This document shows positions 12,293 to 23,600 of a stretch of DNA of 64,000 bases, in pieces (within the stretch, counting starts at the first letter, position 1; each line of letters begins with the position of its first letter). The translations under genes were made by a program, and so were the position numbers. The DNA comes from an uncultured Alphaproteobacteria bacterium (GTDB lineage Bacteria > Pseudomonadota > Alphaproteobacteria > Methylaequorales > Methylaequoraceae). The notes beneath the pieces are model-generated. The model saw nothing but the letters and a program-made list of their open reading frames with translations, was not told the origin of the DNA and ran no database searches. The stretch lies in contig CABZJY010000002.1 of the NCBI GenBank assembly GCA_902526175.1, forward strand, positions 122,372-186,371, in the 5' to 3' direction.

Positions 12293-13720
12293 TTGATTAT
12301 TTTACCAGAAATATTTTTATCACTATCGGTTTTAGCCTTGCTTCTGGTTGGACCATTCATAAGAAAAAAGGGCTATGTAATAATAGGATATTTAGTGCTT
12401 TTGGTCTTAATTATTTCACAGTTTTTTATATTTAAAAATATTTTTCAATTTGAACCGATATTCAATGGATTCTTTGTTATCGATTCTTTTGGCTCATTTA
12501 TGAAATGCCTCTTGCTGATTGGTACTACGGTGGTAATTTATATGTACCTTACTGTAAATAAAGACAATTCTATAAATCAAATAGAATTCCCAATCCTCAT
12601 ATTGATTTCACTGATCGGTATGATGTTCATGGTCTCATCAAATGATATTCTCTCACTATTTTTATCAATTGAACTTCAAAGTTTAGCATTATATGTACTA
12701 GTAGCATTCTCAAAAGAGGAAGAAAATTCTTCAGAAGCTGGGGTGAAATATTTTGTTATAGGAAGTATTTCAACTTGTATTTTTTTATTTGGCGCAAGCT
12801 TAATATATGGTTTTTTTGGTACAACAAATTTCACTGAAATTTCTGAAGCACTTGGTCAAACAAGGGAGATTTCGCTTTTCTTAATTATAGGAGTTGTTTT
12901 TGTGTTGGTTTCTCTATCATTAAAAGTATCTGCAGCCCCGTTTCATATGTGGACTCCTGATGTCTACCAAGGTTCTCCTACAATTATTACAGCTTTCCTC
13001 TCAGTTGTCCCGAAAGTAGCTGTGTTTGCAGTGATTATTCGTTTTTTAGTTTTTCCTTTTGGAGAAATAAATGTTGATTGGGGGAGAATTATTATAATTC
13101 TTTCAATATCGTCCATGGTTGTAGGTTCTTTTGGAGCTTTATTCCAAAAAGATTTAAAAAGATTATTTGCTTACAGTACAATTAACCACGTGGGATTTAT
13201 GTTAATTGGCTTAGTTCCAGGTTCAGAAGATGGTATTATAGCTATATCAATTTATTTAATCTTATATTTAATTATGAATACAGGTGTATTCTTAGTTATT
13301 TTAAATTTAAGAATTGATGAAAGAAACGTTACATCAATTAAAGATCTATCAGGATATTCTAACAGTAACTTTTTTATGGCTGTTTGTATGGCAATTTTTG
13401 TGTTTTCGATGGCTGGTATTCCACCTTTATCAGGTTTTCTTGGTAAATTAATTATATTAAATGTAGCAATAGATAATAATTTATTCTACCTGGCCATTAT
13501 AGGCGTTGTATCTTCAGTTATTGCAGCATTTTATTATTTAAGAATTGTTAAGTTAATGTTTTTTGACAAAACTAATGATGAACTTGATAAAGATGTTAAC
13601 ATAGAATCAAAAGTTTTATTATCAGTCTTATCATTTTTAAACATTTCAATATTGTTTTTTCCTGAATTCTTCTTAGATCTTTCAGCTTCTATCACATTTT
13701 CATTATTTGCAGTAAACTGA
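12293..13720 (+). CDS. nuoN: NADH-quinone oxidoreductase subunit N
   Basis: ELQSLALY, SEAGVKYF, KVSAAPFHMWTPDVYQGSP, SMAGIPPLSGF. TTG start preceded by AGGAG. Confidence 0.97.
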   Translation: MIILPEIFLSLSVLALLLVGPFIRKKGYVIIGYLVLLVLIISQFFIFKNIFQFEPIFNGFFVIDSFGSFMKCLLLIGTTVVIYMYLTVNKDNSINQIEFPILILISLIGMMFMVSSNDILSLFLSIELQSLALYVLVAFSKEEENSSEAGVKYFVIGSISTCIFLFGASLIYGFFGTTNFTEISEALGQTREISLFLIIGVVFVLVSLSLKVSAAPFHMWTPDVYQGSPTIITAFLSVVPKVAVFAVIIRFLVFPFGEINVDWGRIIIILSISSMVVGSFGALFQKDLKRLFAYSTINHVGFMLIGLVPGSEDGIIAISIYLILYLIMNTGVFLVILNLRIDERNVTSIKDLSGYSNSNFFMAVCMAIFVFSMAGIPPLSGFLGKLIILNVAIDNNLFYLAIIGVVSSVIAAFYYLRIVKLMFFDKTNDELDKDVNIESKVLLSVLSFLNISILFFPEFFLDLSASITFSLFAVN

Positions 13721-13721
13721 A

Positions 13722-14429
13722 ATGACTAAAATTAGAAATTTTTTTTTGGAACAAACCAAGAGTACTAACTCAAAAATAAAGGAAATTTTTGAAAATGAAG
13801 AACTTAATGAATCAATTGGTTTACTCACAAAAATTCAATCAGAGGGAAGAGGACGAGGTGTAAATAAGTGGAAAAGTTCTGAAGGAGATTTGATGTGTTC
13901 ATTATTAATTTACCAAAATTTTAACGTTGCAGACTTTAGTAAGCTTAATATCATCATCAGTGTATTTATAATTAATACCTTGAGACTTGTATTTAATAAT
14001 TTAGAATTTAAAATTAAGTGGCCTAATGATATTTTTATTGATGAAAAAAAAATAGGGGGAATTTTAATAGAAAATTCGATAAAAAAAAATTTAATTGAAT
14101 ATATTATTATTGGTTTAGGACTTAATATCGTTAGTAACCCAAAAAATTTGGACTATTCCACAACAAAAATAAGTAATTTAACTGAAATTATTAAACCAAT
14201 AAAAATATACGCTGCCTTAACTGATTACTTTGAAAAAAACTCTCTTAAGGATGCAATATCAAATTTTGATTATTTTAAAAAGGAATGGTTAAAATTTTAT
14301 AAAGATATTGGAAAAATTAGAAAATTTAATTCCAAAAATAAGTCAATTTTAGGTAAGCTACATTCAATTTCTAGTGATGGAAAAATAAAAATTATCACTC
14401 AATGTGATACTGAAATTCTTAACTTTTAA
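13722..14429 (+). CDS. birA: Biotin--[acetyl-CoA-carboxylase] ligase (no N-terminal HTH)
   Basis: STN, QSEGRGRG..W.S, KWPNDI, KIGGILIE, IGLGLN; follows nuoN as in other alphaproteobacteria. Confidence 0.93.
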   Translation: MTKIRNFFLEQTKSTNSKIKEIFENEELNESIGLLTKIQSEGRGRGVNKWKSSEGDLMCSLLIYQNFNVADFSKLNIIISVFIINTLRLVFNNLEFKIKWPNDIFIDEKKIGGILIENSIKKNLIEYIIIGLGLNIVSNPKNLDYSTTKISNLTEIIKPIKIYAALTDYFEKNSLKDAISNFDYFKKEWLKFYKDIGKIRKFNSKNKSILGKLHSISSDGKIKIITQCDTEILNF

Positions 14430-14433
14430 TTAA

Positions 14434-15183
14434 ATGGTATTGTTAATTGATATAGGTAATAGTTTTATTAGTACTGCATGCTTGTTTAAAAATCGGTACA
14501 TAAGAACTTCGATTCCAAATTGTAAGAATTATATTAATAAAGATAAATTAAAAGAGTTAGTAAATTTTTATAAAAAAAAAAAAATAAAATTTAGTTTAGT
14601 TGTTATATGCAGTGTTGTGCCGTCGATAGATGAATTTATTATACAATTTTTTTGTAAGTTAAAAATTCAGGTATTGTACGTGAATAAACTTATAAATAAA
14701 TTAAGTATCGAAACCGATATAGTTGAAAAAAAAAAAATAGGTTCTGATAGACTAGTAAATGTCTTTTACACTATAAATAAATTATCAACCCCTGCTTTAA
14801 TAATTGATTTAGGTACAGCAACGACCTTTGATTATATTAATGAAAAAAATATTTATGAAGGTGGAATAATATTACCTGGTATAGATATATCAATGAATGC
14901 TTTAAGTACTTTTACAGAAAAATTACCAAAAGTTAAATTTAAAAAAACTAATGAATTAATCTCCAATAATACTAAAGGTGCGATTTCGTCTGGATTTTAT
15001 TGGGGCTATTACTGTATGATTGAAGGATTAGTAAATAAAATTAGAAAACAAAAACAATTAAAGATCAAGACTATTTTAACTGGCGGACACTCAAACTTGT
15101 TTTCTAAAAATAAGTTTATTGATTTAATTGATAGAGATTTAACTATGAAAGGACTATATCTTATTCATGACAAATTTGGATAA
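14434..15183 (+). CDS. coaX: Type III pantothenate kinase
   Basis: LLIDIGNS, SVVP, GSDRL, IIDLGTATTFD, GGIILPG, LTGG. Confidence 0.94.
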   Translation: MVLLIDIGNSFISTACLFKNRYIRTSIPNCKNYINKDKLKELVNFYKKKKIKFSLVVICSVVPSIDEFIIQFFCKLKIQVLYVNKLINKLSIETDIVEKKKIGSDRLVNVFYTINKLSTPALIIDLGTATTFDYINEKNIYEGGIILPGIDISMNALSTFTEKLPKVKFKKTNELISNNTKGAISSGFYWGYYCMIEGLVNKIRKQKQLKIKTILTGGHSNLFSKNKFIDLIDRDLTMKGLYLIHDKFG

Positions 15184-16861
15184 AATACACAAAATATCGT
15201 TGGATTTACCTAGAAACGAATTGTTATTCTTGCCTTTAGGTGGATCTGGTGAAATAGGAATGAATTGTAATTTGTATCATTATGATGGTAAATGGTTATT
15301 GATTGACCTTGGAGTAACTTTTAATGATAATAATTATCCTAATGCTGAGCTTATACTTCCTGATATAGATTTTATAGTTCATAGGAATATTGATCTTTCA
15401 GGTATAGTGTTAACTCACGCTCATGAAGACCACATAGGTGCAGTCCCTTACCTATATGATAAACTTAAAAACACAAAGATATATACAACCTCGTTTACTG
15501 CATCAGTATTGAAAAGAAAGTTTTTGTCTTTAAAAAAATCTCCTCCAAATTTTAAGCTACTTGAATACAATAAAAACTTTGCTGTAGGACCATTTAATTT
15601 AGAGATTTTAGCACTAACACATTCAATACCTGAACCAAATGGAGTAATTATAAAAACCCCAAAAGGTAATATTTTTCATACCGGTGATTGGAAGATTGAT
15701 CCCAGCCCTCTTGTTGGTAAGCCAATTAACTCAAATACATTTGAAAAGGTTAGGAAATCCGGGATCCTTGGTATGGTTTGTGATTCCACAAATGTTTTTA
15801 ATCTAACACCATCAGGTTCTGAAAATGATGTAAGGGAAAATTTAGATAAAGTTTTTTTAAAACAAAAAAATGGTAAAATAATAATTACATGTTTTGCGTC
15901 CAACATTGCAAGGTTAGAAACAATTGCTTTGATTGCAAAAAAACATAATAGAAGCTGTGTCTTTCTTGGTAGATCTCTAAAGAGAATTTATGACTCTGCT
16001 GTAGAAAATAATTATTTAAAAAATGTACCAAAATTTTTAAATGAAGATGAGGGAAGACATCTACCGTCTGAAAACACAGTTTTAATCTGCACTGGAAGTC
16101 AAGGTGAGTCTAGAGCAGCCCTTTATAAATTAGTTAATGACATTAATCCAAAATTTAAAGTTTATAAAGAAGATTTAGTTATTTTCTCTTCTAGAGAAAT
16201 ACCAGGAAATGAAAAACAGATAAATAGAATAAAAAGTCGCATTAGTAAAATTGGATCCAAATTAATAGATCATAATAATAATAATAATAATAAAGTTCAT
16301 GTATCCGGACATCCTTCAAAAAAGGAATTAAAGCAAATGTATGATTGGATAAAACCTAATTTTTTAATTCCGGTACATGGTGAGTATCTACATTTAAAAG
16401 AACATGTACATTTTGCAAAGCTTTCTGGTATTCAAAGCACTCTCTTGGTAGAAAATGGGGACATTATAAAATTTGTAAAAGACAAACCTCAGAAAATTGG
16501 TTTTATTGACGTTAAGAAAAAACTTTTAATTGGTAATAGAATAATGCATGTAAATGATAAAATTATTCAAAACATGAAAAAAGTAAGTTTCAATGGTGTA
16601 TTGAATCTTGTTTTAGTAATCAATAAGAATGATGAGTTAATATCAAAACCTATAATCTTTAGTGATGTAATTTTCAGTGATGATAATTTACAACAAAAAC
16701 AAAAATTTGAAAAAAAAACAGAAGAATTAATTAATTTTTCCTTAAATGAAACAATAAATGATGTTATTTTAGAGGATTATTTAAAAAGTAAGATTAGAAA
16801 TATGGTTTTAAAAGAATTTGGACTAAAACCATTAACAGATGTGAAAGTAGTTAGATTATAA
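15167..16861 (+). CDS. rnj: Ribonuclease J
   Basis: PLGGSGEIGMN, THAHEDHIGA, HSIPE, HTGDWKID, FASNIARL, TGSQGE, HVSGH, PVHGE. Confidence 0.96.
   Translation: MTNLDKIHKISLDLPRNELLFLPLGGSGEIGMNCNLYHYDGKWLLIDLGVTFNDNNYPNAELILPDIDFIVHRNIDLSGIVLTHAHEDHIGAVPYLYDKLKNTKIYTTSFTASVLKRKFLSLKKSPPNFKLLEYNKNFAVGPFNLEILALTHSIPEPNGVIIKTPKGNIFHTGDWKIDPSPLVGKPINSNTFEKVRKSGILGMVCDSTNVFNLTPSGSENDVRENLDKVFLKQKNGKIIITCFASNIARLETIALIAKKHNRSCVFLGRSLKRIYDSAVENNYLKNVPKFLNEDEGRHLPSENTVLICTGSQGESRAALYKLVNDINPKFKVYKEDLVIFSSREIPGNEKQINRIKSRISKIGSKLIDHNNNNNNKVHVSGHPSKKELKQMYDWIKPNFLIPVHGEYLHLKEHVHFAKLSGIQSTLLVENGDIIKFVKDKPQKIGFIDVKKKLLIGNRIMHVNDKIIQNMKKVSFNGVLNLVLVINKNDELISKPIIFSDVIFSDDNLQQKQKFEKKTEELINFSLNETINDVILEDYLKSKIRNMVLKEFGLKPLTDVKVVRL
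16272..16293 (+). repeat. (AAT)n trinucleotide microsatellite encoding Asn6 within rnj
   Basis: cat-aat-aat-aat-aat-aat-aat-aaa, giving DHNNNNNNKVHVSGH. Confidence 0.9.
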
Positions 16862-16862
16862 A

Positions 16863-17267
16863 ATGCTTAAAAAGTTTAATCATGTCGCGATAGCAGTAAA
16901 TGATCTAGAAAAAGCTGCAAGTATATATAAAAATGCACTTAATGCAAAAGTTTCAAATATTAAGGACTATAAAGAACATGGCGTAAGCGTTGTTTTTGTT
17001 GAATTAGAAAATTGTAAAATAGAATTAATGAAACCTCTAGGAAATTCCTCGCCAATAAGTAAATTTTTAGAGAAAAATAAAGATGGTGGAATTCATCATA
17101 TCTGTATTGAAGTTTCTGATATAATCAAAACTAGAGACACACTTTTGACTAAAGGTTTTAAAATACTTGGAGATGGTAACCCAAAAATAGGTGCCCATAA
17201 TAAACCTGTTCTTTTTTTACATCCAAAAGAATTTAATGGAACTTTAATTGAACTAGAACAGGAGTAG
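16863..17267 (+). CDS. mce: Methylmalonyl-CoA epimerase (VOC family)
   Basis: NHVAIAV, EHGVSVVFV, IELMKPLG..SPI..FL, GGIHHICIEV, GAHNKPVLFLHPK, LIELEQ. Confidence 0.93.
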   Translation: MLKKFNHVAIAVNDLEKAASIYKNALNAKVSNIKDYKEHGVSVVFVELENCKIELMKPLGNSSPISKFLEKNKDGGIHHICIEVSDIIKTRDTLLTKGFKILGDGNPKIGAHNKPVLFLHPKEFNGTLIELEQE

Positions 17268-17270
17268 GAC

Positions 17271-17498
17271 TTGACAATTTTTAATTCGCTTGTCCTATAT
17301 TTTATAATTTGGTGGTTATCTATTTTCCTATTTTTGCCGATTGAAATAACTAAGCAGAGGAAACTAAAAAAAGGGAACGATCCAGGAGCTCCTGAAGATC
17401 CTAAATTAAAAAAAAAAATTATTTATACAACTTTATTTGCTCTATTAGTTTGGACTATTATTTTTATAACAATAAAAATTCTTAATTATGAAAATTAG
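17271..17498 (+). CDS. DUF1467 family small membrane protein
   Basis: LYFIIWW..F..LP, G.DPGAP..P.LKKK; conserved position between mce and proS. Confidence 0.85.
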   Translation: MTIFNSLVLYFIIWWLSIFLFLPIEITKQRKLKKGNDPGAPEDPKLKKKIIYTTLFALLVWTIIFITIKILNYEN

Positions 17499-18783
17499 TT
17501 CTTTTTGTTTACCTACTTTTAAAGAAGTTCCGTCTGATGTGAAACTAAAATCTCATGAATTAATGGTTAGATCAGGAATGATCAGGATGGAAACCTCTGG
17601 TATTTACACTTGGTTACCTTTAGGTCTTAGAGTATTAAATAAAATTAATAATATCATTATAAAAGAACACCAGAAACTTAATATAAATCACATACTTATG
17701 CCTACAATTCAAAGTGCTGAAATTTGGAAGAAAAGTGATCGATATAATAGTTATGGTGCAGAAATGCTAAAAATTAAGGATAGACACGCAAAAGATCTTA
17801 TATACGGGCCTACAAATGAAGAAATGATGACGGTAATTGGATCAAATGTTATTAGAAGTTACAAGAACTTTCCAATAAGTTTTTTTCACATTCAATCAAA
17901 ATTTAGAGATGAAATAAGACCAAGGTTTGGTGTTATGAGAGCAAGAGAGTTTATCATGAAAGATGCTTATAGTTTTGATTTGACTTTAGAAGATTTAAAA
18001 AAAAGTTATGAACTGTTTTATAATCTGTATTTAAATATTTTTAATAAATTAGGTCTTAAAATCATTCCTGTTAAAGCTCTAAGTGGAGAAATAGGCGGAG
18101 ATTTATCACACGAATTTCATGTAATTTGTGAATCAGGTGAATCAGAAATATATCTTGATGGTAATTCAGAAAATATTGATACTAAAAAAATTAATTACGA
18201 TTTTTTTGAAAAAAATTATTTTGTTTCAACTACAGATTATGCAGAAGAAAAAAAAATGAATACTACAAATTATACAAAATTATCAAGTATAGAGCTAGGC
18301 CACATTTTCGCATTTGGAGACAAATATACAAAAAAATTAAAATTTATAATTAATACACCTGATGGTAATATTAACCCATTAATGGGATCTTACGGTATTG
18401 GAATTTCAAGAATACCTGCAGCATCAATCGAAATCAACAATGATTCAAAAGGCATTATTTGGCCAAAAGAAATTTCTCCATTTGATTTGATAATAATAAA
18501 TTTAAAACCTAATGATGAAAATTGTTTTAAATTTTCAGATGAACTATATTCTAAACTTTTGTCAGAAAACTTTGATGTATTGTATGACGACAGAGATGAA
18601 AGAGTAGGGGTAAAGTTTAGCGATTCAGACCTAATTGGAATACCTTTTCAGATTATAATTGGATCAAATTATTTATCAGAAAACACGATTCAAATTAAAA
18701 ATAGAAAAAATGGTAAAGAACTTGAGATTGAAGCTGATAATGTTATTGAAAAAATAAATTCATTTATTGATGATGATAAATAG
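17488..18783 (+). CDS. proS: Proline--tRNA ligase (short form without INS editing domain)
   Basis: SHELMVRSGMI, GPTNEE, FRDEIRPRFGVMRAREFIMKDAYSF, GSYGIGISR, DLIGIP; 431 aa. Confidence 0.97.
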   Translation: MKISSFCLPTFKEVPSDVKLKSHELMVRSGMIRMETSGIYTWLPLGLRVLNKINNIIIKEHQKLNINHILMPTIQSAEIWKKSDRYNSYGAEMLKIKDRHAKDLIYGPTNEEMMTVIGSNVIRSYKNFPISFFHIQSKFRDEIRPRFGVMRAREFIMKDAYSFDLTLEDLKKSYELFYNLYLNIFNKLGLKIIPVKALSGEIGGDLSHEFHVICESGESEIYLDGNSENIDTKKINYDFFEKNYFVSTTDYAEEKKMNTTNYTKLSSIELGHIFAFGDKYTKKLKFIINTPDGNINPLMGSYGIGISRIPAASIEINNDSKGIIWPKEISPFDLIIINLKPNDENCFKFSDELYSKLLSENFDVLYDDRDERVGVKFSDSDLIGIPFQIIIGSNYLSENTIQIKNRKNGKELEIEADNVIEKINSFIDDDK

Positions 18784-20014
18784 TTTTGAATTTTTGTTAT
18801 CAAGAAGGTATTTATTCCCTAAAACCAGAGATAGTTTTTTTTCTGTAATTACAATATTTTCATTTTTAGGTATTGCACTCGGAGTAGCAACTCTAATTAT
18901 AGTTATGTCCGTTATGAATGGATTTAGAGAGGAGTTAACTTCGAAAGTCTTAGGGATGAATGGTCATCTTAAAGTTACTTCATATAATAATACTAAATTT
19001 TCAAACTATAAATCGATTATTGAATCAATAAAAAATAAAAATATTAAAGTAGATGCTACTATTGTAAGTCAGGGCATTATTTCGTTTAATAAAAATTCGA
19101 CCGGTATTTTAATCAAAGGCTTATCTAAAGAAAGTTTGCTAAACAGAAAAATTGTACCAGATAAAATTATTTTTTCTTACATGAAAAAATTTGAAAATAA
19201 TGAAGGTATCATTCTTGGATCAAAATTAGGTCGAAAATTAAATATTAATATCAATGATTACGTAAATATAGTCTCTTCAGAATCAGTAGATACACCTTTT
19301 GGAAAATTAATAAGAAGTGGTGACTTTAAGGTTTTAGGTTTCTTTGAAACTGGTATGTATGAGTATGATGTATCGATGATAATCTTTCCATTAAAGTTGT
19401 TACAGGACTTTTTGAATACAAATGATAGAGTAGATAATTTAGAAATATTCATTAATAATTTTGATAGATTAGATTATAATTATAAACTTATAAGAGAGAA
19501 GTTACCTAAGTATTTTAGAGTATATGACTGGAGAAAAATGAATCCCTCTCTTTTCAATGCCATTGAAATTGAGAGAAATGTAATGTTTTTAATCTTAACA
19601 TTGATAATAATTGTGGCTGCCTTTAATTTAGTATCATCAATGGTAATGCTGGTAAATAATAAAAAAAAGGATATTGGAATTCTTAGGTCTTTAGGTTTGT
19701 CTAGAAATGAAATATTAAGGATTTTTATTATGAGTGGTTTTATGATTGGAATGATTGGAACTATTCTAGGCTTCATTTTAGGAATTTTATTTTGTCATAA
19801 TATAAATGAAATAAAAGCCTTATTAGAGTTGTTTACGGATTCATCTATTTTTGCAGAAGAAATTTATTTTTTCTCAAAACTACCAATGATTATAGATTAC
19901 AAAGAAGTAATATTTATAATTATTGTTACATTAATTCTTTGTTTTTGTGCAGCTTTATATCCTGCTTATAAAGCATCAAATATCGAACCAATAAATTTAA
20001 TCAAATGGGAATAA
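18770..20014 (+). CDS. lolC: Lipoprotein-releasing ABC transporter permease LolC/E
   Basis: GIALGVATLIIVMSVMNGF, GMYEYD, ERNVMFLIL, DIGILRSLG, YPAYKAS. Exact start (18767/18770/18773) uncertain. Confidence 0.93.
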   Translation: MMINSFEFLLSRRYLFPKTRDSFFSVITIFSFLGIALGVATLIIVMSVMNGFREELTSKVLGMNGHLKVTSYNNTKFSNYKSIIESIKNKNIKVDATIVSQGIISFNKNSTGILIKGLSKESLLNRKIVPDKIIFSYMKKFENNEGIILGSKLGRKLNININDYVNIVSSESVDTPFGKLIRSGDFKVLGFFETGMYEYDVSMIIFPLKLLQDFLNTNDRVDNLEIFINNFDRLDYNYKLIREKLPKYFRVYDWRKMNPSLFNAIEIERNVMFLILTLIIIVAAFNLVSSMVMLVNNKKKDIGILRSLGLSRNEILRIFIMSGFMIGMIGTILGFILGILFCHNINEIKALLELFTDSSIFAEEIYFFSKLPMIIDYKEVIFIIIVTLILCFCAALYPAYKASNIEPINLIKWE

Positions 20015-20686
20015 GTGCTTAACTTAATAAAAATATCTCATAATTATTTTCAAGGTGGAAACACGGTTGATGTAATTAAAGATTTAGATTTATCACTAAA
20101 AAGAAATTGTATTGTAGGATTATTTGGTCCTTCAGGGTCAGGCAAATCTACATTATTAAATTTAATTGGACTTATTGAGAAACCATCAAATGGAAATATT
20201 TTTATCGATAATTGTGATACAATAAAATTTAAAGATGAAATGAAAACTAAATTAAGAAGAGAAAAAATCTCTTTTATTTTTCAGAATAATCAATTACTAG
20301 AAGATTTCACGTGTTTAGAAAATATTGCACTACCTCTTTTGCTTAATGGTGCTACATTTTCTGATTCAAAACAAAAAGCATTAAATTTACTGTCAAAATT
20401 TAATCTAGAGAATAAAAAAAATTATAAACCAGCATTATTATCTGGTGGTGAGCAACAGAGAATTTCTGTGCTTAGAGCTTTAATAAAACAACCTAAAATT
20501 ATTTTAGCTGATGAGCCTACAGGAAGTTTAGATAAAATAAATGCAAAAATTGTAATGGAAAATATAATAAATTTATCAAGACAACTAGAGACATTGACAA
20601 TAGTTGCAACACATAATCTTAATTTTTTATCTTTGTTTGATATTTCTTATGAATTACAGAACGGAAAGTTACTTGAGTTAAAATGA
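20015..20686 (+). CDS. lolD: Lipoprotein-releasing ABC transporter ATP-binding protein
   Basis: GPSGSGKST, LSGGEQQR, LADEPTGSLD, ATH; directly after lolC/E. Confidence 0.92.
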   Translation: MLNLIKISHNYFQGGNTVDVIKDLDLSLKRNCIVGLFGPSGSGKSTLLNLIGLIEKPSNGNIFIDNCDTIKFKDEMKTKLRREKISFIFQNNQLLEDFTCLENIALPLLLNGATFSDSKQKALNLLSKFNLENKKNYKPALLSGGEQQRISVLRALIKQPKIILADEPTGSLDKINAKIVMENIINLSRQLETLTIVATHNLNFLSLFDISYELQNGKLLELK

Positions 20687-23600
20687 ATAATCAATTTATT
20701 CATATTAGGAACTACACACAATATTCATTGTCTATAGGTGCTTTACGCATATCAGACTTAATTAATTATTGTATTGAATTTCAATCACCAGCAATTGGAA
20801 TCTCGGACTTTAATAATTTATTTGGATCAATGGAATTTTCACTTGAATGCAAAAAAAACGGTATACAACCAATTCTTGCCTGTAATGTAAGTATTAATGA
20901 CTGTAATTATATAGAGTCGGAACTTATTTTAATTGCTAAAAATGAAACAGGATTTCAGAACCTTTCTAAGTTAGTTTCGAGTTCATACTTAAAAAAAAAA
21001 AAAGTTTCTCTTTCTCTAGAGGATTTAAGGTTTTTTGCAAATGGTCTAATTTGTCTAACTGGCGGAATGAACGGATTAGTAAAAAAACAATTTGAAAACC
21101 ATGATATAAATAAAACTTCATGTCTATTAGGTGATCTCGAAAAGATCTTTGATGAGAACCTTTATCTAGAAATTCAAAGAGAGGAGCCAAATATAGATTC
21201 TTCATTTAACGAATTTATAATAAATTATTCATTAACAAAAAATATTCCATTAGTTGCAACCAATGAAAATTACTTCTTAAAAAAAAGTTATCACGAAACA
21301 CATGACGCTTTAATCTGTATATCTCAGCAAAAATATATAGATTCAGACGATAGAAAAATCGTTGGAATAAATTCATATTTAAAAACACCAAATGAGATGA
21401 ATTTACTTTTCAAAAACTTACCTGAGGCAATATCAAATACTATAAATTTGGCAAAATGTTGTTCTTTTATAATTGAAGAAAAAAAATCTACTTTACCTAA
21501 AATCTATAATACAAAAGATGAAGATTCTATTTTAAAAGAAAAGTCAGAATTAGGATTGCAAATGAAATTAAGAGAGCTAAATGACAATGAAAAAAAATCT
21601 TATCAAGATAGATTGAAATTTGAGTTAGATATAATTACTAAAATGGGTTATTCAGGTTATTTTTTAATTGTTGCTGATTTTATACAGTGGGCAAAAAAAA
21701 ATAAAATCCCAGTTGGACCTGGAAGAGGTTCAGGAGCAGGGTCTCTAGTTGCTTGGTGTCTTACAATTACAAATTTAGATCCCATAAGATTTGGATTAAT
21801 TTTTGAAAGATTTTTGAATCCAGAAAGAATCTCCATGCCTGACTTTGATATTGATTTTTGCATGGAGAAAAGAGATGAGGTTATAAAATACGTACAAAAA
21901 AAATACGATAAATCAAGAGTTGCACAAATTATTACTTTTGGTTCTTTTCAGGCTAGAGCAGCCTTGAGGGATGTTGGTAGAGTTATGCAGATGCCTTACT
22001 CTCAGGTTGACTCAATTTGTAAGTTAGTTCCATATAATCCAGCTAAACCAGTTAGTCTGAAAGAAAGTGTTGATAATGATGAAAAATTAAAACAACTTAT
22101 TAAATCTGATGAGATTATAAATAAATTATTTAAAATTTCTATGAACCTCGAAGGTCTGCTTCGCCACGCATCAACTCATGCTGCAGGTGTTGTAATCTCT
22201 GATAAAAAATTGATAGATCTTTTACCTTTGTATAGAGACCCAAAATCTGATTTACCTGTAACTCAATTCACAATGAAATATGTTGAAAAAGCAGGTTTAG
22301 TAAAGTTTGATTTCTTGGGTCTCAAAACCTTAACCGTAATTGAAAAAACATGTTCAATCCTGAGAAAAAAATCAATTTTTATTGATATAGATAATATTGA
22401 TCTTAATGATCAAAAAACGTTTAAAATGTTACAACAAGGAAAAACTATCGGTGTTTTTCAGTTTGATGGAAAAGGGATGAGAGAAACAATTTGTCAAATT
22501 AAGCCCACAAGGTTTGAAGATTTGATTGCAATAGTTTCACTATATAGACCAGGTCCAATGGATAATATACCTACTTTTATAAAGCGAAAAAATATTGGAG
22601 AAAAATTCGACTATTTACATCCTGATCTAAAAGATATTTTAGATGAAACTTATGGTATAATGGTTTATCAGGAACAAGTAATGCAAATTGCTCAAAAACT
22701 TGCTGGATTTAGTTTGGCCAAGGCAGATTTATTAAGAAGAGCTATGGGAAAAAAAATTAAATCTGAGATGAAAGCTCAAAAAGAGAACTTTATTGGAGGG
22801 TGTAAAAAAAATCTTATTAAAGAAAATATTGCTGAAAACTTATATAATGAAATTGAAAAATTTGCGGGATATGGTTTTAATAAAAGTCATGCCGCAGCAT
22901 ATGCACTTATTGCATTTCAAACTGCTTTTTTAAAATCCCATTATCCTCTAGAGTTTTTTTGTGCATCAATGCAATGCGATAATGGGAACATTGATAAAAT
23001 TAGTATTTTTTGTAAAGAAATAAGATCACTTGGTTATAAAATATTTAATCCTGACATAAACTATTCATATGATACTTTTGATGTTAGTTATAATGAAAGT
23101 GGTTGTGCAATAGGAATAAATTATTCATTATCAGCCATAAAAAATATTGGTGAAAATTCAATAAAAAAGCTAGTTCTTGAAAGAGAAAAAAATGGTAAAT
23201 TTAAGTCGATCATAGATTTGTTAAAAAGACTTGATAATTCAATACTAAATAAAAGACAATTAGAAAGTCTGATTTATTCTGGCTCATTGAATTCTATTGA
23301 ATCAAACGGATTTTTTCTTGAAAAAAATATTACCAAATTACTAAAATTTAATTCATCATTTCATGAAAATAAAAATTTATTTCAGCAAAACCTTTTTTCA
23401 AATGAAGCATATGACTTTGTCAAACCTAATGAAAATGAGAATGATTGGGATATTTTTACAAGGCTAAAAAAAGAACATGACTCTATTGGTTTTTATTTAT
23501 CAAATCATCCTCTAGAATATTGTAAGGAAATTATTGATAGTAATAACTTTGACAAATTAGACCACATTGAAGGAAAAAAAAGTAAAGAAAAATATTCTAA

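Noticed and set aside
16863..17498. mce and DUF1467 inside the nuo-rnj-proS run as a novel functional link
   Set aside because: This adjacency is a well-conserved alphaproteobacterial gene order.
17488..18783. ProRS is about 140 aa shorter than the E. coli enzyme (possible truncation)
   Set aside because: Lack of the INS editing domain is normal for alphaproteobacterial ProRS; catalytic and anticodon-binding motifs are present.
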